63,118 nt of DNA, filler included, from Chiloscyllium plagiosum (GCF_004010195.1; 5 parts of one record of this genome joined end to end with filler, not necessarily neighbours in it), one strand, 5' to 3'. Positions 35,205-49,090 are shown, counted from the first letter of the whole stretch. Translations and numbers: made by a program. Notes: generated from the letters alone by a model not told the origin.

Positions 35205-37325
35205 AGTCCAGAATGGAAGGTGGAAACAAGCAGGAATCGTAGACTACACAATCAGTGTCATATGAAAATGCTTGGATACATGTACTGCAGGAATAGAGAA
35301 CAGAAGCCAGGTACAAAGAGATAAGTAACAGATACAAAGGGACCAAAACAACAGAGGCCTTAGAGGTGTATAGGAAGTGCAGAGGTGAACTAAAGAAAAC
35401 AATATGGAGAGCAAAGAGAGGGTATGAGCAAACACTAGCAGGCAACTTTAAGAAGAATCCCAAGATAACACAAAGGAACTATAAAGACTAATCAGGGAAA
35501 GAATAGGGCCTGTTAGAGACTGGAGGAAGTCTGAGCATGAAGCCAGAGGATATTGCTACAGTGTTAAATGAGTACTTTACATCTGTCTTTAATCAGGATA
35601 AGGAAGGATGCAAAAGAAAATGGACTGTCAATAGATTGATATAAGAAGTGAGGAGATATTGGAGTTATTGGGAGATTTAAAAGTGGACAAATCCCCACTG
35701 GCTGAATTGTATTCCAGGCTGCTGGGGAAATATGAGAGCAAGTTTCAGGGGCTCTGACTCAAATTGTTAAATTTTCTCTGGCCACAGGGGAGGTGCAGAA
35801 GACTGGATGACAACTTGTGTGGTTCCACATAGAAGAAGGATGGTAGAGATGTAGCAAGAAATTATAGAACAGTGAGCCAAACATCTGTGAAACTACTGGA
35901 GAAATTAATGAAGGAGAATATTAATCTCCAATTAGGGAGGCAAGGTTTGATCAGGGACAGTGAGCATGGCTTTGTCAGAGGATTTGCCTGCCAAATCTGG
36001 TGGAATGTTTTGAGCAGGTGGCAGTCGGCAGACTACTGAAGCTGCAAGTACAGTTAAAAGAGTGACCAGTAATTGAACACATTACTGTTTGATGAATAAT
36101 GAGTTCGTCCTTTTTTAATTTCATTGCTGATGTTAGACAATCTGAAACAACAAAGATGAGGGTAGGGCAGCTGATGTAGTTTATGTGGATTTCAGCAAGG
36201 CCTTTAACAAGATCTCATGTGGAAAACTTGGAAAGAAGGTAAAACCTTGTGAGATCCAGTGTAACCTCGCAAGTTGGTTCCAAACTTAGCAAAATGATGG
36301 AATACAGAGGACAATGGTTGAAGGCCGTTTATATACTGGAATGTCTGTGCAGTGGCATACCACAGAGATCAACACCGTGTCCCATATCACGCCTAATAAT
36401 AATAAATTATGTAGATGAGAATTTGGGAAGGATGTTAAGTAAATTTGTGGATGGCACAAAATTGGTCGGGTGGTTGACAGTGAGGAGGTATTCGGTTGCA
36501 GGAAGATATAAACAAATTGGTCAGATGGGCAGACCAAAGGCAGAAAGAATTTAAGCCGGATAAATGTGAAGTAATGCACTTTGGATGAAGGAACAAGACA
36601 AGGGAATACTCAATGAATGGCAAGACATGAGGAAGCTATAGGTACAGAGGGTGTTATGGACCAGATCAGACCGCATCAAAACATATCAAGAAAGTAGCCT
36701 GGATTCTAACTTTGCTAGTTGTTTTGAGCAGGTGTAGAGTGATTTTTCCAGGAGTGATGCAGCTGGCCCAACCACTTAGTTTTCAAACAAAACAGAATTT
36801 ATTTGCGAGATTACCAAATGAAAAACAAACAGAAAAGAACAGAATACAGAATAACTTAATTATTTTAAAACACAACAAACTATCCCAACTTAACGATGCT
36901 GTTCCAAATTCTGTTACAATCCCCATAAACAGTTCTTGGCAAAAAAGGTAAAATCAAACACAGGGTCTTACAGGAGAGATGTCAGAGAGATTCAGTACTG
37001 AACACCTTTTTCCATGTAGCTGTTTCTTGGACACGCAAAACTGACTGTTTGCTTGCTCTGAACAACCAGACTGCTAAAACTAAACCAAACCAAACCAGGG
37101 AAAAGCTGAACTGGGAGAACTGGCCACTCCCCTTTCATTGTACAAGTTGTTGTTGAAAACTTTTTGCCTGAGGTAGTATCTGTTAGATGTAATCAAACTG
37201 GCCCTAAAACCCATCAAAACTAGACACCCCAGAACCTGTGTTTTTACGATTGCTCTGAAAAAAAAAGCAACAATAACATAACCTTGTTAAAAGAGCAACA
37301 TCATCATAAGGGATCTTGGGGTGAG
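35205..37325 (+). mobile_element. Old CR1 ORF2 fragment interrupted by a templated insertion and a solo LTR
   Basis: ELKKTIWRAKR, LNEYFTSVF, DVVYVDFSKAF, SKFVDGTKL and VQR|DLGV motifs in order. Confidence 0.75.
36652..37308 (-). mobile_element. Solo LTR (probably Gypsy-type), 657 bp, 4-bp TSD
   Basis: Starts TGTTATG and ends CATCATA (imperfect inverted termini). AGGG is duplicated at 36648-36651 and 37309-37312. Removing it restores CR1 gtacagagggatcttggg. AATAAA on minus near 36800. Confidence 0.75.
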
Positions 37326-38203
37326 ATCAAATCAGCCCCCATAAAAGGCATGGAGACATGGTTTCTGTTCAATTAATGGCAGTCGGCAGACTACTGAAGC
37401 TGCAAGTACAGTTAAAAGGGTGACCAGTAATTGAACACATTACTGTTTGATGAATAATGAGTTCATCCTTTTTTAACTTCATTGCTGATGTTAGACAATC
37501 TGAAACAACATAAAACGTTAAATTAACATTAAAATGCTGAAGTCCAGCAATGATGAACTGAAACTTTATTAATGAACCTCTTTTATTTTCCAACAGCGGT
37601 AACTAAAATAAAATGAACAGTGGACATCATTATTATGTCAAAATCTAAGTAAAGAGGATGAATTCTGCATTATTATGAATGAATTAGATAAAAGGATGCT
37701 TTCTAGACAGAAAGGTCACCTACTTGGATTTCCACTGTTATAGCAGGCTCAATACTGTCAAAATCCAAGTAAGGGTGAGATAAAATATTTAAATGACTTA
37801 AAGAGCTTAAGAGTGGCAAAGGGACAGGTGGTGATACATGTGGACAATTAAAGATTAAGATTATTCTGTCTTATAAGTAGGCAGCATACACAACATAAGA
37901 ATTCACTAGTTATTTATTATAGAATGCAGCATATCATCTGCTAAGCATAATATCAATAGCATAAAATTTAGCCACAAGTCTTCAGTTATAACAAACGTGG
38001 TTATCTTAACCTCTTTTTTAAACTGTCTGAACAAATTATCATGAAAATGACAAATACATTCACTGCTGATTCAGAGTCCAATTGTATAAATCATATTTCT
38101 GCATCATTGCAAATAATCCATTCACATTTCAAACCATAGCTGGTTCTATGTTCTAAGATTCTGTTGAGTGAGACCGAGAAAAACTGAGTTAAGAACATAG
38201 TGT

Positions 38204-38991
38204 ATCCCCAATGTGTCCCAAATGTAAAATAGAGGTGGGCACTCTTGTCCATTGTCTATGGACCTGTCATAAGATCCGTAGATACTGGACTAAAGTAGCA
38301 AGTGCCCTGACAGAAGTTTCAGGAACGGAAATTAAAGTGGACCCCGTATCTCTCCTTTTGGGCTTTTCGAATTTATCCTCCCTGGACATGCATGGGAAGA
38401 GACTATTTTCTGTGCAAGGAAAAATATTTTGGTAAACTGGGTGGCTGAGGGCGCCTGGACTTTCAAATTGGCACAGATTAATTATGGAATGTATTCCCCT
38501 TGACTTCCTTACAAATATGGTGCACCGAAAGACCAAATTATTTTATAAAATATGGCAACCCTTCTTGAATTATATGAATACAAATATTTCGGCTAGCTTA
38601 ACAAGGGCTTTTATTTAATTGAGATTACGAACCTGGCTGGTCCGGGGCCCCTTGGGAGAGGAATCCCGCACAAATACGGGTTTTGTTACATTTGATGTTA
38701 ACACATTCCGAGCATGTATCTCACTACCCAATTTCTATGTTATCCGCTGTTTTTTTTTCTCTTTCTCTTATTTGAATAATGTAAGAGACTTAAATATACA
38801 CTCTGGTTAGTTGTAGGTTAGATTAGTAGTTAGTTGAGTTTTGTTTTTTTTCTTGGTATTTTTCTTTTGTTAAATTTTGGTTATTATATATTTCAGATTT
38901 AATTGTATATCAATGTTTGTACTTGAGAGTTTTGTTTATTTTTGTAAACTTGTAAAAATGTTACATTTCAAATAAAAATATCTATAAAAAA
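38204..38991 (+). mobile_element. 5'-truncated L1-clade LINE with poly(A) and 13-bp TSD
   Basis: ORF2 CCHC knuckle CPKCKIEVGTLVHCLWTC, FYKIWQPFLNY, T-rich 3' UTR, aataaa and A tail. TSD aagaacatagtgt at 38191-38203 and 38992-39004, at a tt|aag site. Confidence 0.9.
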
Positions 38992-39899
38992 AAGAACATA
39001 GTGTTAAGAACATACTTTTATCACTGGAATCATTGCATTTCATAAATACAGTCCCCTCATCCTGACATGTCTTTTATTTATCCTAATGTTCCTTAAACTA
39101 TTCCTTGTATAACAATCCTTTTCCAGAATATAGTTTAAGCACTACTAACTGGGCCCTGAAATAATTCAATTGCTTGCTGCTATTTCAGGGATATCTCATT
39201 CTTGACTTTACTATTTAACCAATTCCAGCTTCACTTGTCAATTTCTTAATTTGTGCTCACAGTTACACATAACTTAATTCAATTTAATGTTTAAACAATT
39301 AGAGTTTAATGATGTGGACTCAATATTGAATTCATAATTCATTTCTGGCTTTTCATCAAGACTTCGATTTGCAATAAAAATTAACTCAAGCCAACTCCAT
39401 CTCATATTATTCAAAACTTGCACAGAGTATGACCATTATAACTGTCCAAAGTAGAGTATTCTTTATCTTGACTTCCCATGCAGTCTGTACGTAATTTCTC
39501 TCTTGATGTAATATATACCCAAAAAGAGAAATGGTAACCTGGTGGTAATGTCACTTTAATGGCAATACAGAAATCCAATCTCATATTTGGAACATGGTAA
39601 TGGTGAAATTTGAATTCAATTTATGGATCTGGAATTAAAAGCTGGTTGAGTGGTGACCTTGAAGCCATTAACAATCATTGTAAAAACCTATATGGGAAGG
39701 AAATCGTTCTCCTTAGCTGGTTTAGCCTAGATGAGGCTCCAGACCTAGCTGATTCTAAAATATTCTTTGAAATAACTTTAATAGCCATTCAGTTGTAATA
39801 ATCTACTACAAAATGTAATTAAAGAAATGAATGGAACTCCTGGCATTGACCTAAACACTGGAGGTGAAATCACTAAGTCTTGTAACATTGTAATCGTGG

Positions 39900-42115
39900 A
39901 ACTGATGTATGGGCCACAGTAGTATATGGTTGGGAGCAAATTGCCTGAGAATCTTAAACTCTGAAGCCCATAGTGTCATGGCAGCAGCAAGAGGAAAAGG
40001 TATACTCATAAATTTACCTGTCACCACTACATTTGTTCTTGTGAACCAGAGGTCCTATCTTCACATTGAAGATATCTTCCATTGTTGTGTGTGGCATGAC
40101 TACTGTGCTAAATGGGATAAGAATCGCCCCACTCTACAATTACCATCAGGGTAGGAGGTCAACCCTGGTTCAATGAAGGGTGCATGAGAAGAATTGGGAA
40201 CACCTAAAACTGAGGTCTCAGCTTGGTGAATACAACAGCTTGCATGACAATAAATGGATCAGCAAATGATAGACAGGACTGAGCCATCCAATAACAAATG
40301 GATGAGATTTAAACACACCAGTTTTGCTGCATCCAGTCATGAATGATGGTAAACAATTAAACAACTAACAGGAAGAGCAGCATCCACTAATATCCTCATC
40401 CTCAACGATGGTGCAGTACAGCATTTGCCTCCACCTTCAGCCAGAAGTATCAAGTAGGTGAATCCATCATGGCAGCCTCCAGAGATCTGCAGCATCACAG
40501 ATGCTAGCTTTTGGCCAATTCAATTCACTGCACATTATATCAAATAATGACAGAAGGCATTAGACACAGCAAATGTGATGGGCCCTGACAAAATTCTGGA
40601 AACAGTACTAACTGTGCTCCAGAAGTTGTCTCACCCTTAGCCAAGCTGTTCCAGTCTATCTATAACTGGCGTCTATCCAGCTTGAAAATTGCTCGTGTGT
40701 TATTCCACCGGAAGCAGGACAAATGCAACCCAACAAATTACTACAATAAAAGTAAATCATAGAATCCCTACAGTGTGGAAACAGGCCATTAGGCCCAACA
40801 AGTCCATACTGACCCTCCAAAGAATATCCCAGCCAACCCCATTCCCCTATCCTATTGCTCTACGTGCATTATGACTAATGCACGTCAAAGGATAGGATGC
40901 TCATCAAAGGGTTGGTGTGGACACAATGGACGAATGCCCGGTTTTTGCACTATAGCGACTCTATTCTGTTCTCATGAGGAAGAATGTACCTATCTCGATG
41001 TGTTGTGAGTTTTTGGAGTTCCCTATTCAAAATGCGGTGGATGCCAGGGCAATGAGCAAATTTACTGAAGAGATACAGATGTTCAATTTACAATGGGTTG
41101 CATGGTGAGAGAGAGCAGTCGGCAAAAGCCGTGCATTATGACTAATGCACGTAACCTACACATCCTTGAACTCGACGGGCAGTTTAGCATGGCCAATTCA
41201 CTAACTTGCACATCTTAGGACAGTGGGAGGAAACCAGAGCACTCAGGGGAAACCCAAGCAGACACATGGAGAATGTGCAAACTCACACAGACCGTCGTTC
41301 AAGACTGGAATCAAACCCAGGTCCCTGGCACTGAGAGGCAGCACTGTTAACCACTGAGCCACCCTATATGAATGCTAGAAAATGGAAATAAAAACATAAA
41401 ATGTTGAAGAAACTCAGCAATCTGGTAGTATCTGTGCAGACAGTACAGAGTTAATGCTTTGAGTCCAATGTTCGTCTTCAGCCTTTTCAGTCTACCCTTG
41501 ATTATCAATAATGTGATGGAAGAGATTGTCTACAGTATTACCATAGGCACTTACCTGGCAATATTCTAGTAATTTTGCATTCTGCCAAGAAGACTCAGCT
41601 CCTGACCTCATCACAGCCTTAGTTCAAACATGGACAAAACAGCTGAATTCCAGGGGTGAGATGAGAGTGACTGCTGGCGACAATAAGACTGCATTGTAAT
41701 TATTAAAAATGTATTAATTTGTGGGATGTGGGTGTCACTAGCTGACCTGCATTTGTTGTCTTAAGGGAGTGTACTCGGACTGACCATCTTGAATTCCTTT
41801 ATCAATCCCCTACCTTTTATTATAAGGTCAGAGTGGGATGTTTGCTGATGATTGCACAATGTCAGCACCATTCTTGTCTCCTCAGATACTGCAGCGGTCT
41901 GTGTCAATGTACAGCAAAGTCTGGACAATATTCAGGTTTGGTTTATTAAGTGACAATTAACATTCACACTTCATAAGTGCTAGCCATTGACCAGCACAAA
42001 CAAAAGAGAATCTTTTGCCCTTTGACATTCAATTATATAACCATTATTGAATTGCCCACAATTAACACCTTGAAATTACCATTGATTAGAAACTGAACTG
42101 AACTAGCCATATAAA
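39900..42115 (+). mobile_element. Old CR1/L2-group LINE ORF2, fragmented by later insertions
   Basis: QPWFNEGC, GPDKILETVL-CAPE..PLAKLFQ, SAPDLITALVQTWTKQLNSRGEMRVT, MFADDCT motifs. Confidence 0.7.
40757..41365 (-). mobile_element. Older HE1-related SINE split by a 244-bp insert
   Basis: Tail 40757-40885, head and centre 41130-41365. The insert is flanked by a duplicated 23-mer cgtgcattatgactaatgcacgt. Confidence 0.75.
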
Positions 42116-42116
42116 T

Positions 42117-42627
42117 AGCTGAAAATGTGTTGCTGGAAAAGCGCAGCAGGTCAGGCAGCATCCAGGGAACAGGAGAATCGACGTTTCGGGCATAAGCCCT
42201 TCTTCAGGAATGAGGAAAGTGTGTCCAGCAGGCTAAGATAAAAGGTAGGGAGGAGGGACTTGGGGGAGGGGNNNNNNNNNNNNNNNNNNNNNNNNNNNNN
42301 NNNNNNNNNNNNNNNTTAATTAATTAANNNNNNNNNNNNNNNNNNNNNNNNNNNNNNNNNNNNNNNNNNNNCGCTCCCACCCCCTCTCCGGCCTTTCACC
42401 CTCACCCTAACCTCCTTCTACCTATCACATTTCCGACCCCCCTCCCCCAAGTCCCTCCTCCCTACCTTTTATCTTAGCCTGCTGGACAAACTTTCCTCAT
42501 TCCTGAAGAAGGGCTTATGCCCGAAACGTCGTTTCTCCTGTTCCCTGGATGCTGCCTGACCTGCTGCGCTTTTCCAGCAACACATTTTCAGCTCTGATCT
42601 CCAGCATCTGCGGACCTCACTTTCTTC
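42117..42627. mobile_element. PLE family A inverted terminal repeats spanning an assembly gap
   Basis: 42117-42271 is the reverse complement of ~42437-42593. Confidence 0.8.
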
Positions 42628-43545
42628 CCTTGTTGATATGTAGCACTCACTTGTTCATTACACACCAACTATGCCAAACAATTGATTTAGAAAGTTCTGT
42701 CATGATGTTCTGTCTTTAAATACCCCAGTTTTGGAGCTCAACAGTTTTCCAAGAGATGACTATAGTAATGTCTAGGGTTACGAATCCCTGCAATTCTCTT
42801 CACACCTCAATTCTACTCATAGTAAGAATATCATTTTGTGGCTAGTTTCTGATTTATACATCTTCAATGTTTAGAGCAAAAACGTAACTGCAAAAGCCTA
42901 TTACATGCCTATTACAGTAATTTGATGGAAATATGGGGACAGTAGCAACATACATAGCAAATCCCCACAAAGGTAGGGAACAGCTCAAGATCATTGGGCA
43001 ACTAGTGTAGGAAAAAAACTGAGTGAGAGAGTCAGGGTCAGCTTTTACAATTAATTGTTGCCTATATTGGCTTGGGGTACAACTGAAGTTAACTATTGAA
43101 CATCTCTTGAACACCCAATTCCACTGTCAGAACAAATTCTGGAAAATGTAACCACTGATCTCTGGACAAGAACTCTTGGGAACCGTGAAACAACTAAAGT
43201 GAAACAGGATTTATCCATACCTCCTGAAGGAGACACTGTCACGTGAATCAAACAGTCCAGAAAACTATCATCATACCTAAAATGTACTTCTGTTTCAATA
43301 CAAGGTACAGAGCTGTGCAAAGGGGATAGTGATAGGACTGACTGTAGCTTTTCTTGGACAAAGACGTGGACTTTGGGATAGGAGTGCAATTTTTAAAGCT
43401 TGTCTCATCTTTCCGATACAAGTCCAGCAAATATTGACGCCAACTATCTCCATTGTAGCATTTCCATGGTCATTTCCTGTGGAATTAGCTTGTGATGCCC
43501 TTGGTAGCCCGGGACAAATCCTGTCTTTCCTGTGTACTATTTTAA

Positions 43546-43851
43546 TTAGATTAGATTAGATTCCCTACAGTGTGGAAACAGGCCGTTCGGCCCAACCAGT
43601 CCACACCAACCCTTCGAAGAGTAACCCACCCAGAGCCATGCACCTAATACAATGGGCAATTTAGCATGGCCAATTCACCTGACCTGCACACCTATGGACT
43701 GTAGGAGGAAACCGGAGCACCCGGAGAAAACCCATGCATACACGGGGAGAATGTGCAAACTCCACACAGACAGTTGCCTGAGACTGGAATCGAACCTGAA
43801 ACCCTGGCGCTGTGTGGCAGCAGTGCTAACCATTGAGCCACCATGCCGCCC
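43546..43851 (-). mobile_element. HE1-type SINE
   Basis: (ttaga)n tail, central domain and tRNA head. Confidence 0.9.
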
Positions 43852-44161
43852 TTTGTCTGTAGAATACATAATTTGTGTTTTTGCAGCCCCATTATTTGAA
43901 AAGAATTGGAGTTAAAGAACTAAATAGATGTAAATTTCAGTCTAAATCATTAATACATAACAAAAGCATCAAGTGACTCAGAAGTGAACCTTATGAAACA
44001 CCAATGGAATCTACTTTTGAGGCTCTTAATTTTCTGTTGACCATTTCCATTTGTTTCTTGTCACTGAATTGATTTTGGATCCAACTTGTTACATTCACTT
44101 ATGCAGCATGAGCCTGAAGTTTTCTTAACAGTCTGCAATGTGTCCTTGTCAACAGCCTTAC

Positions 44162-46003
44162 TAAAGGCATTTTACACTTATGTGAGGAATAAGACAATAG
44201 TCAAAGAAAGAGTAGGGCCGATCAGGGATAGCATAGGGAACTTGTGTGTGGAGTCTGAGAAGGTAGGGGAAGCCCTAAATGAGTTTTTTGCTTCGGTCTT
44301 TATGAAAGAAATGAACTTTGTAATGAATGAAACCTTTGAAGAGCAGGTGTGCATGCTGGAATGGATAGAGATAAAGGAAGCTGATGTGCTAAAAGTTTTG
44401 TCAAACATTAAGACTGACAAGTTGCCAGGCCCGGACCAGATTTGTCCTCGGCTGCTTTGGAAAACAAGAAATGCGATTGCTTCGCCACTTGCGAAGATCT
44501 TTGCATCCTCGCTCTCCACTGAAGTCGTACCTGAGGACTGGAGAGAGGCAAATGTAATTCCTCTCTTCAAGAAAGGAAATAGGGAAATCCCCGGCAATTA
44601 CAGATCAGCAAATCTCACGTCTGTCGTCTGCAAGGTGTTAGAAAGGATTCTGAGGGATAGAATTTATGACCATCTGGAAGAGCTCTGCCCCAGAGGGCAG
44701 CAGAGGCCCAGTCTCTGGATTCATTTAAGAAAGAGTTGGATAGAGCTCTCAAAGATAGTGGAATCAAGGGTTATGGAGATAAGGCAGGAACAGGATATTG
44801 ATTAGGAATGATCAGCCATGATCATATTGAATGGCGGTGCAGGCTTGAAGGGCTGAATGGCCTACTCCTGCACCTATTGTCTATTGATAAGGTTCCCCAT
44901 GGTAGGCTCATTCAGAAGGCCAGGAGGAATGGGCTACAGAGGAACTTAGCTGTCTGGATACGGAATTGGCTGGCCAAAAGAAGACAGCGAGTGGTAGTAG
45001 AAGGAAAATATTCTGCCTGGAAGTGAGTGGTGTTCCACAGGGCTCTGTCCTTGGGCCTCTACTGTTTGTAATTTTTATTAATGACTTGGATGAGGGGATT
45101 GAAGGATGGGTCAGCAAGTTTGCAGATGACACAAAGGTTGGAGGTGTCGTTGACAGTATAGAGGGCTGTTTTAGGCTGCAGCGGGACATTGACAGGATGC
45201 AGAGATGGGCTGAGAGGTGGCAGATGGAGATCAACTTGGGTAAATGCGAGATGATGCATTTTGGAAGGTCGAATTTGAAAGCTGAGTACAGGATTAAGGA
45301 TAGGATTCTTGACAGTGTGGAGAACAGAGAGACCTTGGGGTGCAGGTACATAGATCCCTTAAATTGGCCACCAAAGTGGACAGGGTTATTAAGAAAGCAT
45401 ATGGTGTTTTGGCTTTCATTAACAGGGGGATTGAGTTTAAGAGTCGTGAGATCTTGTTGCAGTTCTATAAAACTTTGGTTAGACCACACTTGGAATACTG
45501 TGCCCAGTTCAGGTCGCCTAATATAGGAAATATGTGGATGCTTTGGAGAGGGTTCAGAGGAGGTTTACCAGGATGCTGCCTGGACTGGAGGGCTTATCTT
45601 ATGAAGAGAGGTTGACTGAGCTCGGACTTTTCACATTGGAGAAAAGGAGAAGGAGAGGGGACCTAATTGAGGTATACAAGATAAAGAGAGGCATAGATAG
45701 AGTCGATAGCCAGAGACTATTTCCCAGGGCAGAAATGGCTAACACGAGGCGTCATAGTTTTAAGCTGGTTGGAGGAAAGTATAGAGGGGATGTCAGAGGC
45801 GGGTCCTTTTCACAGAGTTGTGAGAGCATGGAATGCGTTGCCAGCAGCAGTTGTGGAAGCAAGGTCATTGGGGACATTTAAGAGACTGCTGGACATGCAT
45901 ATGGTCACAGAAATTTGAGGGTGCATACATGAGGATCAATGGTCGGCACAACATCGTGGGCTGAAGGGCCTGTTCTGTGCTGTACTGCTCTATGTTCTAT
46001 GTA
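44162..46003 (+). mobile_element. CR1 LINE ORF2 (RT to 3' end) with a second CR1 3' UTR inserted at ~44682-44886
   Basis: KAFYTYVRNK, NYRSANLTSVVCK, SGVPQGSVLGPLLFVIFINDLD, SKFADDTK, LVRPHLEYC, and a tatgttctatg tail. Confidence 0.9.
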
Positions 46004-46606
46004 AACTCCACTTAGATAACATCCATTGCACCGCCCTCATCATTCCTCAGGCTTACTTCCTTAAAAAAATTGACTTCATCAGATATGATCTTGCCTTAAT
46101 AAAACAATGCTATTCTTAATTCCTCTTATTTGAAAATCCCTCTAAATTTCAAATAGCAGTTACATCTCGTAAAACAGTTCCCCTTCATCTACATTCCAGG
46201 ATTTAGACTGCTGAACCTCCATTTCACTCCCTCTATGGCAAGTATGTCTTTCCTTGAGGCAGGGGACTAGACTGCATTCAATTTTCCAAGTGCTGTTAGA
46301 ATTTTTTAAAAAATGTATTCCAAAAATCAGGAGTCCAGCATGTTAAGTACTAAGATGAACTGTGTTAGAGCTAACAGACATTTTCTCAAAATATTTGTGA
46401 TGGGGAATTGGAGATTATGAAATTGTGCATTGATTTAATCTGTCAGAATGACTGTACCAGAATATTAAGCACATTCAGGAGGGCATTATATACAGAATTA
46501 ATGTGAAATCTGCAACATGAAAGTTTTGAATTAGGAACACCATTCACCCAAATTTACCCATCAATCCTGAATATTGCATCAATATGCTGCTTAAATCAGC
46601 TGAGCT

Positions 46607-46950
46607 GGTTGACTTGTTCTCAGATGTTTAGTCACCATGCTAGGTAACATCATCAGTGAGCTTCCGATAAAGTGCTAGTGTTCTGTCCAGCTTGCTATTT
46701 GTGTGTCTTGGTCTGTTGTGGTGGATGATATTACTTCAGGTTCTGTTTCTAAGAGGTTGGTAAATGGGGTCCAAACCGATATATTTGTTAATGGAGTTTT
46801 GGTTTGAATGCCAGGCCTCTAGGAATTCCTGTGCATACTTTTGTTTATCATGTCCCAGGATGGATGTATTGTCCCAGTCAAACTGGTATCCCTCTTCATC
46901 TGTATGTAAGGGTACTAGTGATAGTTGGTCATGTCGTTTGGTGGCTAAAT
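46607..46950 (-). mobile_element. PLE family C 3' end and terminal repeat with hammerhead motif (46620-46660)
   Basis: Minus strand: QEFLEAWHS.. then TCA-CTGATGA-T-GTTACC(TAGCAT)GGTGAC-TAA-ACAT-C-TGA. Confidence 0.75.
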
Positions 46951-46960
46951 GGTGCTCGTG

Positions 46961-48045
46961 TCATAGAGTCAAAGAGATGTACAGCACAGAAACAGATCCT
47001 TTGGTCCAATTCATCCAGGCCGACCAGATATCCCAACTTAATCTAATCCGATTTGTCAGCACTTGGCCCATATTCATCTAAATCCTTCCTATTCATATAC
47101 CCATCCAGATGCCTTTTAAATGCTGTAATTACACCAGACTGCACCACTTTCTCTGGCAGCTCATTCCATACACACACCACCCTCTGCATGAAAATGATGC
47201 CCCTTAGGTCTCTTTTATATCTTTCCTCTCTCACCCTGAACCAATGCCCTCTAGTTCTGGACTCTCCAACCCCAGGGAAAAGACCTTCTCTATTTATCCT
47301 ATCCATGCCCCTCATGAGTTTATAAACCTCTATAAGGTCACCCCTCAGCCTACAATGCTTCAGAAAAATCAGCACCAGCCTGTTCAGCCTCTCCCTATAG
47401 CTCAAATCCTCCAACCCTGGCAACATTTTGTAAATCTTTTCTGAACCTTTTCAAGTTTCAGAACATCCTTCTGATAGCAAGGAAACCGGAATTGCATGCA
47501 GTATTCCAAACAGGGTCTCACCAATGTCCTGGACAGCCGCCACATGACCTCCCAACTCCTATACTCAATACTGTGACCAATAAAGGAAAGCATTACCAAA
47601 AGTTGCCTTCACTATCGTCTCTACCTAAACTCTACTTTCAAGGAACTATGAACCTGCACTCCAACGTCTCTTTGTTCACAACACTCCCTAGGACCTTACC
47701 ATTAAGTGTATAAGTCCTGATTTGTTTTTCCAAAATGCAGCACCTCGCATTTATCTAAATTAAACTCCATCTGCCACTCCTCAACCCATTGGGTCATCTG
47801 ATCAAGATCCCACTGTACTCTGAGGTAACCTTCTTTACTGTCCACTACACCACCAATTTTGGTGTCATCTACAAACTTACTAACTATATCTCCTATGTTC
47901 ACATCCAAATCGTTTATATAAATTACGAGAAGTAGTGGACCCAGCACTGATATTTGTGGCACACCACTGATCACAGGCCTCCAGTCTGAAAAGCAATCCT
48001 CCACCGCCACCCTCTGTCTTCTACCTTTGAGCCAGTTCTGTATCG
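46961..48045 (-). mobile_element. CR1 LINE RT to 3' end
   Basis: SGVPQISVLGPLLLVIYINDLD, SKFVDDTKIGG, MLPGLEDLSYRERL. Confidence 0.9.
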
Positions 48046-49090
48046 AGAAGAGAAAATGAGGTCTGCAGATGCTGGAGATCAGAGATGGAAATGTGTTGCT
48101 GGAGAAGCGCAGCAGGTCAGGCAGCATCTAGGGAACAGGAGAATCGACGTTTCGGGCATTAGCCCTTCTTCAGGAATGTATCCCAATGTTAAAAACCACA
48201 CAATACCAGGTTATAGTCCAACAGGTTTATTTCGAAGCACTAACTTTTGAAGCTGTTGTGTTGTGGAATAGGATCATAAGAAACAGAATTTATAGCAAAA
48301 ATTTATAGTCTGGTTTATAGCAAAAATTAATAGCAGAATTTATAGTCTGGTCATCATCTTGGAGATGACGACCAGACTACTCCAGCCCCTAGACATCACA
48401 GTAGCCCACAAACCTACCACCACACTGAAACAGCTCCTGATGAATTTAAAGGACCCTGTACCAACAGCCAGCAGAACGAACATCATGTATAAAATACCCT
48501 GCAAGGACTGCAACAAACATTACATTGGACAGACGGGCAGGAAATTAGCCACCAGGATACATGAGCATCAACTAGCCACCAGAAGACATGTAGGAGAAAG
48601 TGAGGACTGCAGATGCTGGAGATCAGAGCTGAAAATGTGTTGCTGGAAAAGCACAGCAGGTCAGGCAGCATCCAAGGAGCAAGAGGATCGACGTTTCGGA
48701 CATGAGCCCTTCTTCAGGAATGAGGGAACTATCACTAGTATTCATACAAACAGATGAAGAGAGACACCAGTTCAAATGGGACAATACATCCATTCTGGGA
48801 CAGGCTAAACAAAGACACGCACAGGAATTCCTGGAGGCCTGGCATTCAAACCAGAACTTCATTAACAAACATATCGGTTTGGACCCCATTTACCAACCTC
48901 TCAGAAAAAGAACCAGAAATGCTATCACCCATCACCACATACCAAGACACACAAATAGCAAGTGGGACAGAACACCAGTGCTTTATTGGAGGCTCACTGA
49001 TGATGTTATCTAGCATGGTGACAAAACGACTAAGAACAAATCTAACAGCTGAGTGAGCAAACTTAAAACCTGAGCTTCAAATCTTCTCTA
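48046..49090. mobile_element. Nest of PLEs: family A repeat (48046-48178 -), family B repeat (48189-48350 -), family C GIY-YIG body and repeat (48358-49090 +) containing another family A repeat (48590-48725 -)
   Basis: MYKIPCKDCNKHYIGQTGRKLATRIHEH (GIY-YIG), EFLEAWHS, and hammerhead-like ctgatgatgttatctagcatggtgacaaaacg at 48997. Confidence 0.85.
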
